In this document: one piece after another, positions 20,055-31,000 of the stretch
Layout: every line of letters begins with the position of its first letter
How positions within the stretch are numbered: the stretch's first letter is position 1
Assembly: GCA_900128565.1 (NCBI GenBank)
Contig: LT635934.1
Location: 1 to 42,912 of the forward strand
Reading direction: 5' to 3'
Source: Stramenopiles sp. TOSAG23-6
Lineage: Eukaryota
DNA length: 42,912 bases
Made by a program: the position numbers and the translations under genes
The notes under the pieces: generated by a model
The model's input: the letters and a program-made list of their open reading frames with translations, nothing else
What the model was told of the DNA's origin: nothing
Database searches by the model: none

Positions 20055-21497
20055 CTAGACACATTCGCTACACTCGCAGTCACTAGAATGTTCATCAGTA
20101 GAATCGTTGTCATACTCACCACCAGTTGAATTTGTTTTATCAACAAGTGTATTTGGGTTGGGGTTATCAACAAGTGTATCAACCTGTACTACTACGTCTA
20201 AATCATTTGTTTTATTTTCCTTTTGTGAAGAGGGAAAAATCCTACTCTCTTTTTTATTACTACAATTTTTAGCTACTTCTATATCACACTTTTCAATATT
20301 ATATTTCGTTGTTTTTTTATCTGTGTTCAATGCAACTAATCTAGCATTCTCTGTCTTTACAGATATTAGCTCTGCTTTGAGCGTATTTACACGCTCTACA
20401 GCTTTTTGCATACCAGCTAGAAGTTGCTGCTGCATAGCTGCGGTCTGTTTTGCAAATTTCGAGTGTGATAACTCTGCTTCTGACGCCATAGTTTGTAGTT
20501 CACACTCGTGTGATTTTGTGATACTATTAACATGTTCTCGTTGTTGTTGGACAAATACAGCTCGCTCAAAAAAAAGAGCACGAATTTCAACTCGAAATCC
20601 ATTCACAAGACGTTCAATAGCTCCTGGTAACTCTGGCAGATTTTTTGAAAGACACTGCTGTTTTATCTCTTCCAATCTCAAATTCAATGGTAACTGGTTT
20701 TCTCCTGAAGCCTTCAGCCTTTGTTCATCTTCTCTTTTAGCTGGTGAAGAATGGTTTATTCTTTCTCGATCACGACTGTTTGACTTACAAAAGTCAATGT
20801 CTGAAATACGATTTTTAAATTCTTCATCCATCTTGACATTTGCAGAACGGCAATCTGACATCAATTTGTATAATTTTGATACATCTTTCTTTGCAAGTGG
20901 TTTATTCAAATTTTGTTTACACAGATTACTCAATTCTGAAAAAATAATAGAAGGTTCAGCGGTGGATGAAACGTCTATTTTCTCGATTGAATCATGTACA
21001 TCATCAGACACTTTATTTGTATGCTTTATCGTATTAAATGGGGTTGCAACTAGGCAGTTGTCGCTTTTATTTGTCGTTGCAAAGACGTCACCAGAATTCA
21101 GTCCGCAATTTTCCTTTTGTAGTGAATTCTTCGTATTTCGGGCATTGTTGTTTTCATCCGATCGACTGCGTTTCATCAAGACACGTCCTGTCTTTGAAAG
21201 CGTAGTTGCATTTCTTGCATATGCACTTTGATTGGATGTGCCATATTTTGGTAAAGGAGTACTGACAGCGTCAAAATTTCCGACAGAGGGTCTCCTCTTA
21301 CGCTTTGAAGTTTCTAGTCTATTAAGCGGGGTATTCATACACTGCGTGGACAGTGCAGATTTTTTGACAAATTTCTTTGATGAAGACATGGTTTTAGACT
21401 TTACAGTGCTGTTGTTGTTTGATACTGGGGTTTGGCCCCTTTTTTTCATTTGCCAGGCTTTCAGTGCCTCTCGTCTTGGATCACTCGAAGAGCTCAT
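20055..21497 (-). CDS. Uncharacterised basic/coiled-coil protein with KEN boxes, possibly mitotic or microtubule-associated (upstream in-frame ATG at 21578)
   Basis: Long ORF; N-terminal RREALKAWQMKK helix; two KEN motifs; TP/SP sites; C-terminal coiled coil. Confidence 0.7.
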   Translation of the reverse strand: MSSSSDPRREALKAWQMKKRGQTPVSNNNSTVKSKTMSSSKKFVKKSALSTQCMNTPLNRLETSKRKRRPSVGNFDAVSTPLPKYGTSNQSAYARNATTLSKTGRVLMKRSRSDENNNARNTKNSLQKENCGLNSGDVFATTNKSDNCLVATPFNTIKHTNKVSDDVHDSIEKIDVSSTAEPSIIFSELSNLCKQNLNKPLAKKDVSKLYKLMSDCRSANVKMDEEFKNRISDIDFCKSNSRDRERINHSSPAKREDEQRLKASGENQLPLNLRLEEIKQQCLSKNLPELPGAIERLVNGFRVEIRALFFERAVFVQQQREHVNSITKSHECELQTMASEAELSHSKFAKQTAAMQQQLLAGMQKAVERVNTLKAELISVKTENARLVALNTDKKTTKYNIEKCDIEVAKNCSNKKESRIFPSSQKENKTNDLDVVVQVDTLVDNPNPNTLVDKTNSTGGEYDNDSTDEHSSDCECSECV

Positions 21498-21893
21498 TGT
21501 TCTATTCAAAAATGGATAAGAGAACCCAATTACTTCTGCCGCACTTCTCGAGTGAATATAACAGTCTAAAGGATTCAAAATCTAGGTTAGTAATCGACTG
21601 GGAGAAAGTTATACAATAAATGTACGTCGCGACGACTTTGCGATCTCGACTCAAGGAAAAAGAAGAGAATGTGTGTGATATAAATTGATCATAAGAAATC
21701 TCTACCGACACAGGAGCGATTTTTCAGAATTCTCAAATCTGCGATGATGCCGACGATTTGATTTAGATTTCGATTTCGATTTTCGCGCATTTTAGAAAAA
21801 TTAATTTTTTTTATATTATTTTCAATAAAATAAGGCATTTATAAGTTTTTTTATGAGGTCGTGTTTGAAACTAGAGCATCGCGCAGCAAAGAC

Positions 21894-23270
21894 TTAGTTA
21901 GTATAATAAATAGGCCCATTCTCCTCGGACGCTGGGTTCTCCTTTTTCACGATAACTGGATTATCGGTAGAGGCATGCTCTACAAGCCTTGTACCACAAT
22001 ATTTTCCTGTGTAGTCTTCATTGCAGACACAGTACGAACCACTCGATCTAATCTCACACGTTCCATGACTGTTACAATTTCTGAGGCATATTTCCTCTTC
22101 GCATGTAATTCCCTGATACCCTTGTTCGCAAACGCAACGACCATCACTACAGTACCCATTAACACATCTATCACTACAACCTTTATCTTGACAACTTGCA
22201 CCTTGATATGGTGTTTGACATTTACAAAATCCTTTACTATTACAAGCTCCATGACCATTGCAGTTTTGTGGGCATGTAACTTTCGAGCAATCATTCCCGG
22301 TAAAAAACTCGTCGCATTCACAAATCCCACTTGAATTACAAACTCCATTACCTGAGCAAAGATTTGGACATAACTTTTTACAAGGAAAACCTCCATAACC
22401 ACTTTTACATACACAAAAAGAATCATTTAGACAAATTCCATTTTCACAAGCCCCACATGTACGCTGGGAACAATCCTCGCCAATAAAACCTCGTGTACAA
22501 TCACACTTCTTACTACGACATACGCCGTGTCCACTGCAACTATTTGGACAGACAGTAGCTCCTTCAGTGCAGTCAACGGTGTCTTTATCAGTACCTCCGT
22601 TAACTCTTCTTCCATTGATAAATAGGTTGGCAACAAAATCTGCTGTATGAGATATGTTATTTAACATATCATCGACTATTGTATCCTCGACAGGCTTAGA
22701 TGCAAAGTTATGAATAACAGATAGAGAGTTTGGGCACTTGCAAACACCATTAAAACACTGCTTGCCATTAAAACACCCACCTACACAGATCTTAACCTCA
22801 CAAGCAGTTCCTGTATATCCTTCAATACACATGCACCCATTTTCTGTACATCGGGCATTTTTGCCACAATTTTCTTTACACTGGCTTTCAGAGCATGAAC
22901 TTCCCGAATACATATCATAACAACGACAAAACGAAGTTTTCTCTGACCACGACCACAAACAATCACCGTGACCAGAGCAACTATTGGAACACTTAGTGGC
23001 AGGTATGGGTACGGTTTCCTTGCTACAATCATTACCAGTATAATTAGGATAACAAATGCAGCTACCGCCGGAGCATGCTCCCTTTCCGGAGCAGTTTTTG
23101 GGACATCCTTGGGTTACACGTGTTCGTAAACTCTTTGAAACTTTTCCCAGCTTGCGTTTAGAATTTGTACGTATTGCTAACATTTCCCGTATTTTCTTTC
23201 GAGAGCGGTTGGTCTTACCTTGCGCGAGGATTCCCGTGAATACAAAAAAGAGCAAAATATTTCTAGTCAT
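21894..23270 (-). CDS. Secreted tenascin-type EGF-repeat protein (10 EGF-like repeats)
   Basis: Signal peptide MTRNILLFFVFTGILAQG; repeated CPxxCSGxGxC...CxC..G..G.DC; no TM anchor. Confidence 0.9.
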   Translation of the reverse strand: MTRNILLFFVFTGILAQGKTNRSRKKIREMLAIRTNSKRKLGKVSKSLRTRVTQGCPKNCSGKGACSGGSCICYPNYTGNDCSKETVPIPATKCSNSCSGHGDCLWSWSEKTSFCRCYDMYSGSSCSESQCKENCGKNARCTENGCMCIEGYTGTACEVKICVGGCFNGKQCFNGVCKCPNSLSVIHNFASKPVEDTIVDDMLNNISHTADFVANLFINGRRVNGGTDKDTVDCTEGATVCPNSCSGHGVCRSKKCDCTRGFIGEDCSQRTCGACENGICLNDSFCVCKSGYGGFPCKKLCPNLCSGNGVCNSSGICECDEFFTGNDCSKVTCPQNCNGHGACNSKGFCKCQTPYQGASCQDKGCSDRCVNGYCSDGRCVCEQGYQGITCEEEICLRNCNSHGTCEIRSSGSYCVCNEDYTGKYCGTRLVEHASTDNPVIVKKENPASEENGPIYYTN

Positions 23271-23579
23271 AGTATCTGCCTGTTAATATAGAATGATTTT
23301 CATTGAAATTATAATGAATATGGAAGGAAAAAGGGTATACGGCGGCGGGTACGGGTACCATATTCCAACTGGAACAGGAACGAGTTTTTGAATTTAAAAA
23401 AAAAAGAAAAATCGAAAAATCACCCGATATTTCAAAAATAGCAGATTTGATAATTGATTTCGATTTTTTTTCGATTTGATTTCGTTAACGGTCGAACGAA
23501 GCAAAAAAAAATAAATACGATTTTTCGGATATACTTTTAATAATTTTATGTTATATAAATAAACCACTACTTTTTTTAT

Positions 23580-24482
23580 TTACTGGGTAGCTTGTTCGCT
23601 AGTATTTGTGCCAGCTTTCATATCTGAAGTAGAGTTATCTCCAGTATTTCCTGTACTTTCTAATTTATTTTCTTGGGATTCTCCAGTATTTCGTGTACTC
23701 ATCTCTATTTCTTTTTTTTCTTCAGATTCTCGAGATCTCCCTTTCTTTTTTCTAGTTTTAATATTTAGCCTCTCACGGAGACTTTTACTGTTTGAGGTTT
23801 TACTTTCACCCGTAATTTTATCATCTTTAGTCTCTTTAGTCTCATGATAGTGATCTTCATCTTTTTCCTTTGTCAAAAGTTGATCAGTCTCCAACGTTGT
23901 TCCCGCAGCTGTATTTTTCCTCACTGAAGAAAACATTTCCAGAAACTCAGCACAAGGACTATGATACTCTTTTCGTCGACTTCTAATTTCTCGGCTTGTC
24001 CAATTGAAAAATATTGCAAATCCAGATGATGTCAACTCACCTAAAAAAGGCGGAAGGCAGAATAATAAAAATATTGCCAAGAGCCTCGAACTTTCCCAAC
24101 CATCAAGGACAAAACCAAGCATAGCAAAAGAACCGGCAAGGTGACACGTTATACTACACATTGTATTCCTAGAAGACATAACTGAAGCTCCGTACAGAAA
24201 CCCAACAATTTCAAGGGAAATGCAAAGAAATGAAAAAGTTTCAACTAATCTATAGTCTGACATATACTTATCGAGAAGGTCATCAAGTGCAGTCTTGGAG
24301 CAGTTGGTATCGACACAGGAACTACTTTGCTTGTATCGGAGCCACAAGTCTTTTGTAGTTAGCATAGCTCTTACATTGGGTGATGGGCCCAGAGAACTCG
24401 CCCATAGCAATAATAAATGTGTACATATGGAGATAAAACGAGTGCCCATAAGTCTCATACCAAGGTGCTGGCTTTTCGTCAT
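23580..24482 (-). CDS. TMEM107: Ciliary transition-zone protein TMEM107 with a charged C-terminal extension
   Basis: RFISICTHL, NVRAML, EIVGFLYGASV, SITCH, W-E and FCLPPFLGE align by eye with TMEM107 motifs; 4 TM helices. Confidence 0.7.
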   Translation of the reverse strand: MTKSQHLGMRLMGTRFISICTHLLLLWASSLGPSPNVRAMLTTKDLWLRYKQSSSCVDTNCSKTALDDLLDKYMSDYRLVETFSFLCISLEIVGFLYGASVMSSRNTMCSITCHLAGSFAMLGFVLDGWESSRLLAIFLLFCLPPFLGELTSSGFAIFFNWTSREIRSRRKEYHSPCAEFLEMFSSVRKNTAAGTTLETDQLLTKEKDEDHYHETKETKDDKITGESKTSNSKSLRERLNIKTRKKKGRSRESEEKKEIEMSTRNTGESQENKLESTGNTGDNSTSDMKAGTNTSEQATQ

Positions 24483-24818
24483 GATGAAAAACCTAGAAAC
24501 TAAACACTCTATGCCTTAGCAAATAAAAATTCCGTTTCAACCTATTGCAGTTAAAATATTGATATTGCTATCTGATAGAATTCGTAAAGTTTGCTTCCTC
24601 TGAAAGTTACTGTGGTTAGAAATGATTACTCTGTCCACGAATTTGCTCGCAAGCGGTTACTGTGTAGATCTTTGTCAGAGTAACGGTTATTTTAACGTAC
24701 TACATCTATGACGTCATCATCTCGGGGACAAAATATTTAGATTAATCATTCATGTGTTCTTCTTCATCAAAAATTAAAATTCTTGTAAATCTTTTGTGCA
24801 TTTCAAATTATTTATAAA

Positions 24819-26063
24819 ATGTTAAAAGCATGTTCACGGTTTGCACGCCGAAGAACTTTCTGTCGTACAATCCCTACAACGACGAAAAGTCGTGAGTTTA
24901 GTTTACGTCCTGCGGTGACCACACTGAATGAAGAAGAAACCATGATAAAAGATGCAGCGCGATTGTGGTCGGAGAATACTCTGCGCCCTCTTGTTACTGA
25001 AATGGATCGGGACTCGAAAATGAGCGACAGTCTGATTACAAGCCTCTTTGAAAATGGTTTAATGGGGGTTGAATTGCCTGAGAAATGGGGTGGCTCACAA
25101 GCTTCCTTTACTAGTGCCATTGCTGTAGTTGAAGAAATCGCAAAAGTTGACGCATCTGTTGGTGTACTTTGTGACATTCAAAATACTCTTATAAATAATA
25201 TGTTTAAATTCTGGGCAAGTGAAGCACTTCAAGAAGAGTGGTGTCCTCGTCTTGCGAAAAATACAGTCGGATCTTTCTGTTTATCAGAACCATCTTCTGG
25301 CTCAGACGCTTTCTCTCTAAAGACAGTTGCTGAAGAATCGCCCGATGGCAGCTATTATACCATAAACGGATCTAAGTCGTGGATAAGCAATGCAGAACAT
25401 GCAGGTGTCTTTCTCGTAATGGCAAACGCGGATCCTTCAAAGGGCTATCGCGGCATAACTTGCTTTGTCGTAGATGCAAACACTGACGGTATTGAAGTAG
25501 GAAAACCTGAAGATAAACTTGGTATTAAGGCGTCTAGTACATGTGGCCTTAGTTTCACTGATTGTAAAGTTCCGGCTTCTCATATCTTAGGTAAAAAGGG
25601 ATTAGGGTACAAGTATGCAATAGAAATTCTCAACGAGGGAAGAATTGGAATAGGTGCCCAAATGGTAGGGTTAGCGCAAGGTGCTTATGAATCAACTATG
25701 CCTTACCTCTTCCAGCGGGAACAATTTGGTTCATATATTGGTGACTTTCAAGCGATGGAACAAACATATGCTCGCCTTGCAACAGAGATTGAATGCTCAA
25801 GACTTTTGGTATATAATGCAGCAAGGTTAAAGGAACAAGGGTTGCCATTTGTAAAGGAAGCAGCTATGGCAAAACTATATTGTGCCGAAGTAGGTGAGAG
25901 AACTGCGTCAGCATGCATAGAATTAGTGGGTGGTGTAGGATTCACTAAAGACTTACCATTAGAGAAATATTACAGGGATAGTAAGGTTGGTTCTATATAT
26001 GAAGGAACAGCGAATATTCAGTTAGCAACTATTGCTAAACTACTCAAAGCGGACTGGAAATAG
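24819..26063 (+). CDS. ACADSB: Mitochondrial short/branched-chain acyl-CoA dehydrogenase
   Basis: Mitochondrial-type presequence; motifs VDASVGVLCDIQNTL, GSFCLSEPSSGSDAF, LNEGRIGIGAQMVG and YRDSKVGSIYEGTANIQL. Confidence 0.92.
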   Translation: MLKACSRFARRRTFCRTIPTTTKSREFSLRPAVTTLNEEETMIKDAARLWSENTLRPLVTEMDRDSKMSDSLITSLFENGLMGVELPEKWGGSQASFTSAIAVVEEIAKVDASVGVLCDIQNTLINNMFKFWASEALQEEWCPRLAKNTVGSFCLSEPSSGSDAFSLKTVAEESPDGSYYTINGSKSWISNAEHAGVFLVMANADPSKGYRGITCFVVDANTDGIEVGKPEDKLGIKASSTCGLSFTDCKVPASHILGKKGLGYKYAIEILNEGRIGIGAQMVGLAQGAYESTMPYLFQREQFGSYIGDFQAMEQTYARLATEIECSRLLVYNAARLKEQGLPFVKEAAMAKLYCAEVGERTASACIELVGGVGFTKDLPLEKYYRDSKVGSIYEGTANIQLATIAKLLKADWK

Positions 26064-26305
26064 TCTAGATATAGATAAAAATATACAAAGGATGTCTTTG
26101 AGAATTAATTATAGGACACTTTTTTTTAGTCAACTTTGAAGACAACATTGCAATAAAAATATCGCGTAAAAACTATCAAAGATATTGTATTTCATAAATT
26201 CAAAAAAAATAATTTCATCAACACAAGCAGCGATCATCAATGAATAATGCTTTCTAATTATCGACCCTGTTTTGATAATTACTACAATATTTTCATTTCA
26301 ATAAG

Positions 26306-27202
26306 TCATGATCCTTTGCTTTTCAAGTCATTGAACCATGGGTGCTGTAATGCTGCTTTAGCAGAAATACGTTTCGTTGGATCAAACATCATCATTTTAG
26401 TCAACAAATCTATGCCGTTCGCATCTAGCTGGGGACACTTTGCGGTTAGATCCTGAGTTGGCCATTTAGGAAATGATGCTTTGAAATCTGGAAGAGCAGA
26501 GACGCCCGGCCAAATCTTTTCTGTTGGTGTTCCAAGGAGACGGAATATGCGAAAGAGCATGTCAATTTCAGAATCACCTGGCCAAAGAGGTCGCTTATTT
26601 GCCAACTCCGCCATAATACAACCAATTGACCATATGTCAACACCAGTGGAATAATGACGAGATCCAAGAAGAATTTCTGGTGCACGATACCAGAGTGTAA
26701 TAACCTCATGTGTGTATGCCCTGACTGGAATACAGAACGCTCGAGCAAGACCAAAATCAGCAAGTTTCAAACGACCGTTCATATCAATTAGTAAATTTTG
26801 TGGCTTCAAATCACGGTGCATTACACCACGTTTATGACAAAAATCAATACCTAAGAGCATTTGACAAACATACGATTTAACAAGCATTGGTTTTAAATAC
26901 TTGGTTTTGACATTATCCATATGTTTCTTTAAATCTTGGTCAAGGTATTCGAAGACAAGGTATAAACGATTATCACTGTGCTCAACATCTTTGAGTTTTA
27001 CGACATTTGGGTGCTCAAGAGTTTTTAACACAGAAATTTCACGAAGAGCAGTAGATGGCACACCTTCATCCTCTACTTCCAGGCGGATCTTTTTCAATGC
27101 TACAGTCTCTCCAGTTTCGATATTCTTGGCTTTATATACTACTCCATATGTTCCTTCACCGAGAGGTTTTTCAATCTTCTCATACTTGGCAAGACAACTC
27201 AT
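26306..27202 (-). CDS. CDK1: Cyclin-dependent kinase, CDK1-type with PSTALRE motif (stramenopile CDKA2-like)
   Basis: Motifs [34 protein letters not shown] and [14 protein letters not shown]. Confidence 0.95.
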   Translation of the reverse strand: MSCLAKYEKIEKPLGEGTYGVVYKAKNIETGETVALKKIRLEVEDEGVPSTALREISVLKTLEHPNVVKLKDVEHSDNRLYLVFEYLDQDLKKHMDNVKTKYLKPMLVKSYVCQMLLGIDFCHKRGVMHRDLKPQNLLIDMNGRLKLADFGLARAFCIPVRAYTHEVITLWYRAPEILLGSRHYSTGVDIWSIGCIMAELANKRPLWPGDSEIDMLFRIFRLLGTPTEKIWPGVSALPDFKASFPKWPTQDLTAKCPQLDANGIDLLTKMMMFDPTKRISAKAALQHPWFNDLKSKGS

Positions 27203-27383
27203 ACTAATTTCTTAGAGATGTTATCTAGAATGTTCAATATATTTGACACTTTAAATGTTAATGAGATACTTAAATACCTATATAGCGTATATAATGTGAA
27301 AAAGCAGTGGGAAAGATAGGGGGAAAGCCAGATAATTCCAACGAATGAGCACAACCACAAAGAGACGTGATTTCAAAATTTTC

Positions 27384-27483
27384 CTGAAGGGGAAAAACAA
27401 GAATAGAAAAACAAATCTACCGAATGGTCACGTATACATTACGGGTAACTAGAAGAGGTTCTATTGATAGACGTAAAACTTAC
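27384..27483 (-). other. Candidate canonical 5'-UTR intron of the CDK gene (100 nt)
   Basis: Minus strand reads GTAAGT...TTTTTCTATTCTTGTTTTTCCCCTTCAG: a strong donor, a pyrimidine tract and CAG. Confidence 0.5.
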
Positions 27484-27589
27484 AAGCACTTTTTCCACCG
27501 AAAGATGGATGATGTTTGAGGGGGAGGTTGTTTTCTCTTTGCAATTGCATGCAGCAGAATTTTCAAATGATGTCAAAACCTTTTCAAGT

Positions 27590-27642
27590 CGCGCCAAAAA
27601 AGGATTCAAAAAAAAAACTTAAAATGACACGTGTTATTGCGC
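27590..27642. promoter_or_regulatory. E2F site (CGCGCCAAA) plus TGTTATTGCGC motif upstream of the CDK gene
   Basis: GCGCCAAA at 27591-27598 is TTTGGCGC on the minus strand; TGTTATTGCGC at 27632-27642; CHR-like TTCAAA nearby. Confidence 0.55.
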
Positions 27643-27795
27643 GCGATGGGGTCGAGTCACAACACCACACCAACGGTTAATGCAGTAAGAAGTTGTGTGG
27701 TATACAGACTCCACAGACTCCGTGACAGTCAGGAAAGCAACGTAGAAGAAGAAATATATTCAAAATACTTACGTTGTGAATAAAATTCAACATCG

Positions 27796-27984
27796 ATGAA
27801 TACAGAAACCCGTAAAAAAGAGTTAGAGCGTCAACTGCGTGCCCTTAGTCGTGTTGAAGCTAATATCTCATCTCAACTAGCACATGTCAAAGCAGAAGAA
27901 GCTGTTCTCATTAGTCTTTTAAACGAAACTACAAGTAGTTCGATGAAATCCGCAGTGGATTGTGCAACTGCTCTAAACAAATGA
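27796..27984 (+). CDS. Small coiled-coil protein, SNAPC5/SNAP19-like
   Basis: LSRVEANISSQLAHVKAEEAVLISLL resembles the SNAPC5 pattern L..L..QL..LK.EE..L.S. The ORF has coding-like composition and AT-rich flanks. Confidence 0.5.
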   Translation: MNTETRKKELERQLRALSRVEANISSQLAHVKAEEAVLISLLNETTSSSMKSAVDCATALNK

Positions 27985-28048
27985 ACCCAATTAGAGTATA
28001 TATATATATATATCAATGTATTATTAAAATTATAAAGTATAAATATTA

Positions 28049-31000
28049 CTATCTAGCCGAAGGTGCAGGAGTCCAAGCTCTTCCAATGTTTCTAGTTCCA
28101 CGACCGAGAAAAAACTTTCCTTTATCCTGTGCTTCTCTTTTTAGTCTTAGTTGCTCCTTAGTTACATCCCTTGCCTTCTTATGACGTAGTAGTGCATGAA
28201 TACCCACATGCTGCTTTCTAGGTACGTATTTAACAGACCCAATACTACGAGTACTTGATATAGACGTAGTTGACCTCCGAGACCTTGAGGTGGGCAATCT
28301 ACTTCTATTACTTCTTTGACTTTTGAGACCTCCATGGTTGACACGTTGAGATAAACCTCTCAGGTCTGATAAGTCCGGAATTGAGTTTACATCTACTTTT
28401 GCTCTAATAGCGCGAACTCCATTTAGCCCTCCTCCAGTAGCTGAAGAACTACTTGAGTCTTTTACTACTGCCGGTGTTGGAGGTCGAGGAGGGGCCCAAG
28501 CTTTTCTCCTTAAGCCCGATTTATCTGTATTTTCATCCTCTGCATTCCAAACTCGCTTTCCTTGTGTTGAATTCCCAAATGTAGCACCGTCGCTACAAAC
28601 ATCTACATTGGCAAGTGCATCTGCAAGTGCATCAGTAGCTTTCTGCTTCTTACGCGACTGAGCTGCGGCATTTACGTTTCTTGCTCCCATCTTCTGAGCA
28701 ATTTTGTACCTCTGGGCACTGTTGGTTGATCGAAGGTGAATATCGAAGTCTTGTCGTTTGCAAGTACGTGCCGCTTTTGGTGATTCTCTGCAGTGTGTAA
28801 TTGCCCATGTGTCGTGATATAGGCCCTGTTCTAATACAGCTTTCGTCCCATCTTTGTATAATTTGTGTACAAATGTTTTGTAGTTAAAGCGGCCTTGCTG
28901 AGCATTATCAAGACGTCGAAAGAGTCGTGCAGTTCCTTTGTCAGATATAAGTAATTGACTGGGATGAGGTGCTGGAATTTNGTTCATTGGTACTTGCCTC
29001 TTCTTCAATTTTCTCGATGTTTTAGACGCTGATGAAGATCGTCTGGCGAAGGAAACCTTGTGTTGGCTAAAATTACTTCGATCGTACAAATCCTGCAAAC
29101 CTCGACGTAAGTCTCCTAAAGTCAGTGTATCATCCCCTTGACCTGATCTAGCTGCAAACGAAAGTGATCCTAGAAGTTTCCTAAGAGGTACTGTCTCCTC
29201 AAGAAATTTTAATATACGAACTTCCTCTGGTGCCAATGGAGCTGCTCTTGCCGCGCGAGTGTCAATTAATTTCACATTACTGAAAAGCTGCTTTACAAAA
29301 TATGTGTAGTTAATATACCCAGCATTTTCGGTGTCTGCTTGTAGAAAGGCAGACCGTGCGAGTGATGCATTATTACACTCACCACCAAGTCGAGTGATCA
29401 CTGTGCAAAACTGCCTCGCACTGACAACTGCGGAAGCTGAAGCCATTCGACGAAATAGTAAACACAGATTATCAGCTGTAATTAGTTGACCCTTTACAAG
29501 AATTTCCCGAAGTACTTCCATTGCGGAAAGACGAGATCGACGAAGGCGTATTTCTTCCTGAATTTGCCTTTCTTTCGCCTCCTTTGCAAGCTTTGCTTCA
29601 AGTTTTCTTCCATCCTCTTCCCAGTTACCTTTATTCAATCTCTCAAGATCATTGACTCTTTGGATCCATGCTTTGGTACCTACAGGGTTGTAGAGAACAT
29701 CACAAAATTCATCGAAAGTAATTTCACCAGACATATCTACGTCTATTGATGCGAATAGTTGCTCAGATAAAATGGTTGGCATTTTAAGTCCCAAGACTTG
29801 CATCAGCTTGTTCCATCCATTTTGTGTATACGAAGATGGCATTCCAAGCTTCCTACAAAGTCTCAGTAATCCTCCTGCATTATCGTCATTACATTTATTG
29901 GCAACTCTGTCTTTCAGTAGTTTCATTGCCCCCTTGAGATTTTGTGGGTTTGCCTTCAAGACACGTAAATGAGTATAATGTGCACGTTTTTCGCGCTTTT
30001 GATGAGCTTGAGCTAACATCCAATCTGAGTGAGGTTCAAACCTACCTCCTCCTTTGAGAGTTGCATCAGGGACTAATTTCAAGAATTCTTCCACTTCAAT
30101 GAAACCACATCCATTCTTTTCAAGTTGATTGAATATCCTTTCTGTAAGATCGTCGCAACTTATACCACATCCACGCAATGCTTTGTGAAACTGATTAAAA
30201 TCTAATTTCGTATGTTGGATTCCACCAAAGTCAGTGCAAGCACGGCGAAATCGGCGTCGCGTATCGGATGTGCTTTTTGATACTTGAGAAAACAATTTTA
30301 GGAGATATTTGACTGGATCTTCTTCATCAAGTGCTTTTGATTTAGCTGATTGTTTTAGGTCTCTTCGAATTGCTCTCTTTTCTTTCTCTGTCAATGCAGC
30401 CCAAGCTGTACGCCTTTTTAGAGAAGGATCTGGATTTATCTCCTCAGAGAACTGGAGACCTGCCGTTTGTGAATAACCCTCATCTTCTCCAAAAACTACC
30501 CATAAAAACTCCTGAAATTCGATTAATCCAGATCCATCAGCATCGATCTGTTCAAATACCTGGCGTTTCAATGATTCGCTACAAATTACACCAAAAGTAT
30601 TAAGGACAAATTTGAAGCCTTTGAAATCTAAACTTGTATTACCTGTGTCATAAGAAGGTGGTACTAATGTACGTAACATATACATAAGACCTCTCGAAGG
30701 ATGACTACCTAGCTTATCACTGGCTTTACAGCGAAGAGTATGAAGCACATTCTTTACAGTATGGATGTGAGATAATTTTAGATTTTGAGCCTTTATTTTC
30801 GTCTTAGCTTCCTCTTCCGTCGAAGAATTAACAGTCGCTTCTCCAAGGACATTTTCAGTTTCCATCAAACCTTGTACAAATTCACCAAAATCAATGTTGC
30901 CGCTTCCATCTTCATCTAATTCATCAAATCCATTTTGAATCAATCTTTCATTTTCAGGATTTTCTGTATCGATAATATTCCACATTTGACATAACCTCCT

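Noticed and set aside
20107-21231. 374-aa plus-strand ORF
   Set aside because: Antisense shadow of the 20055-21497 gene, with a non-ATG start and an F/S/L-rich composition mirroring K/E/N codons.
28981-28981. X residue in the EF-hand protein
   Set aside because: A single ambiguous base (N) from assembly, not a recoding event.
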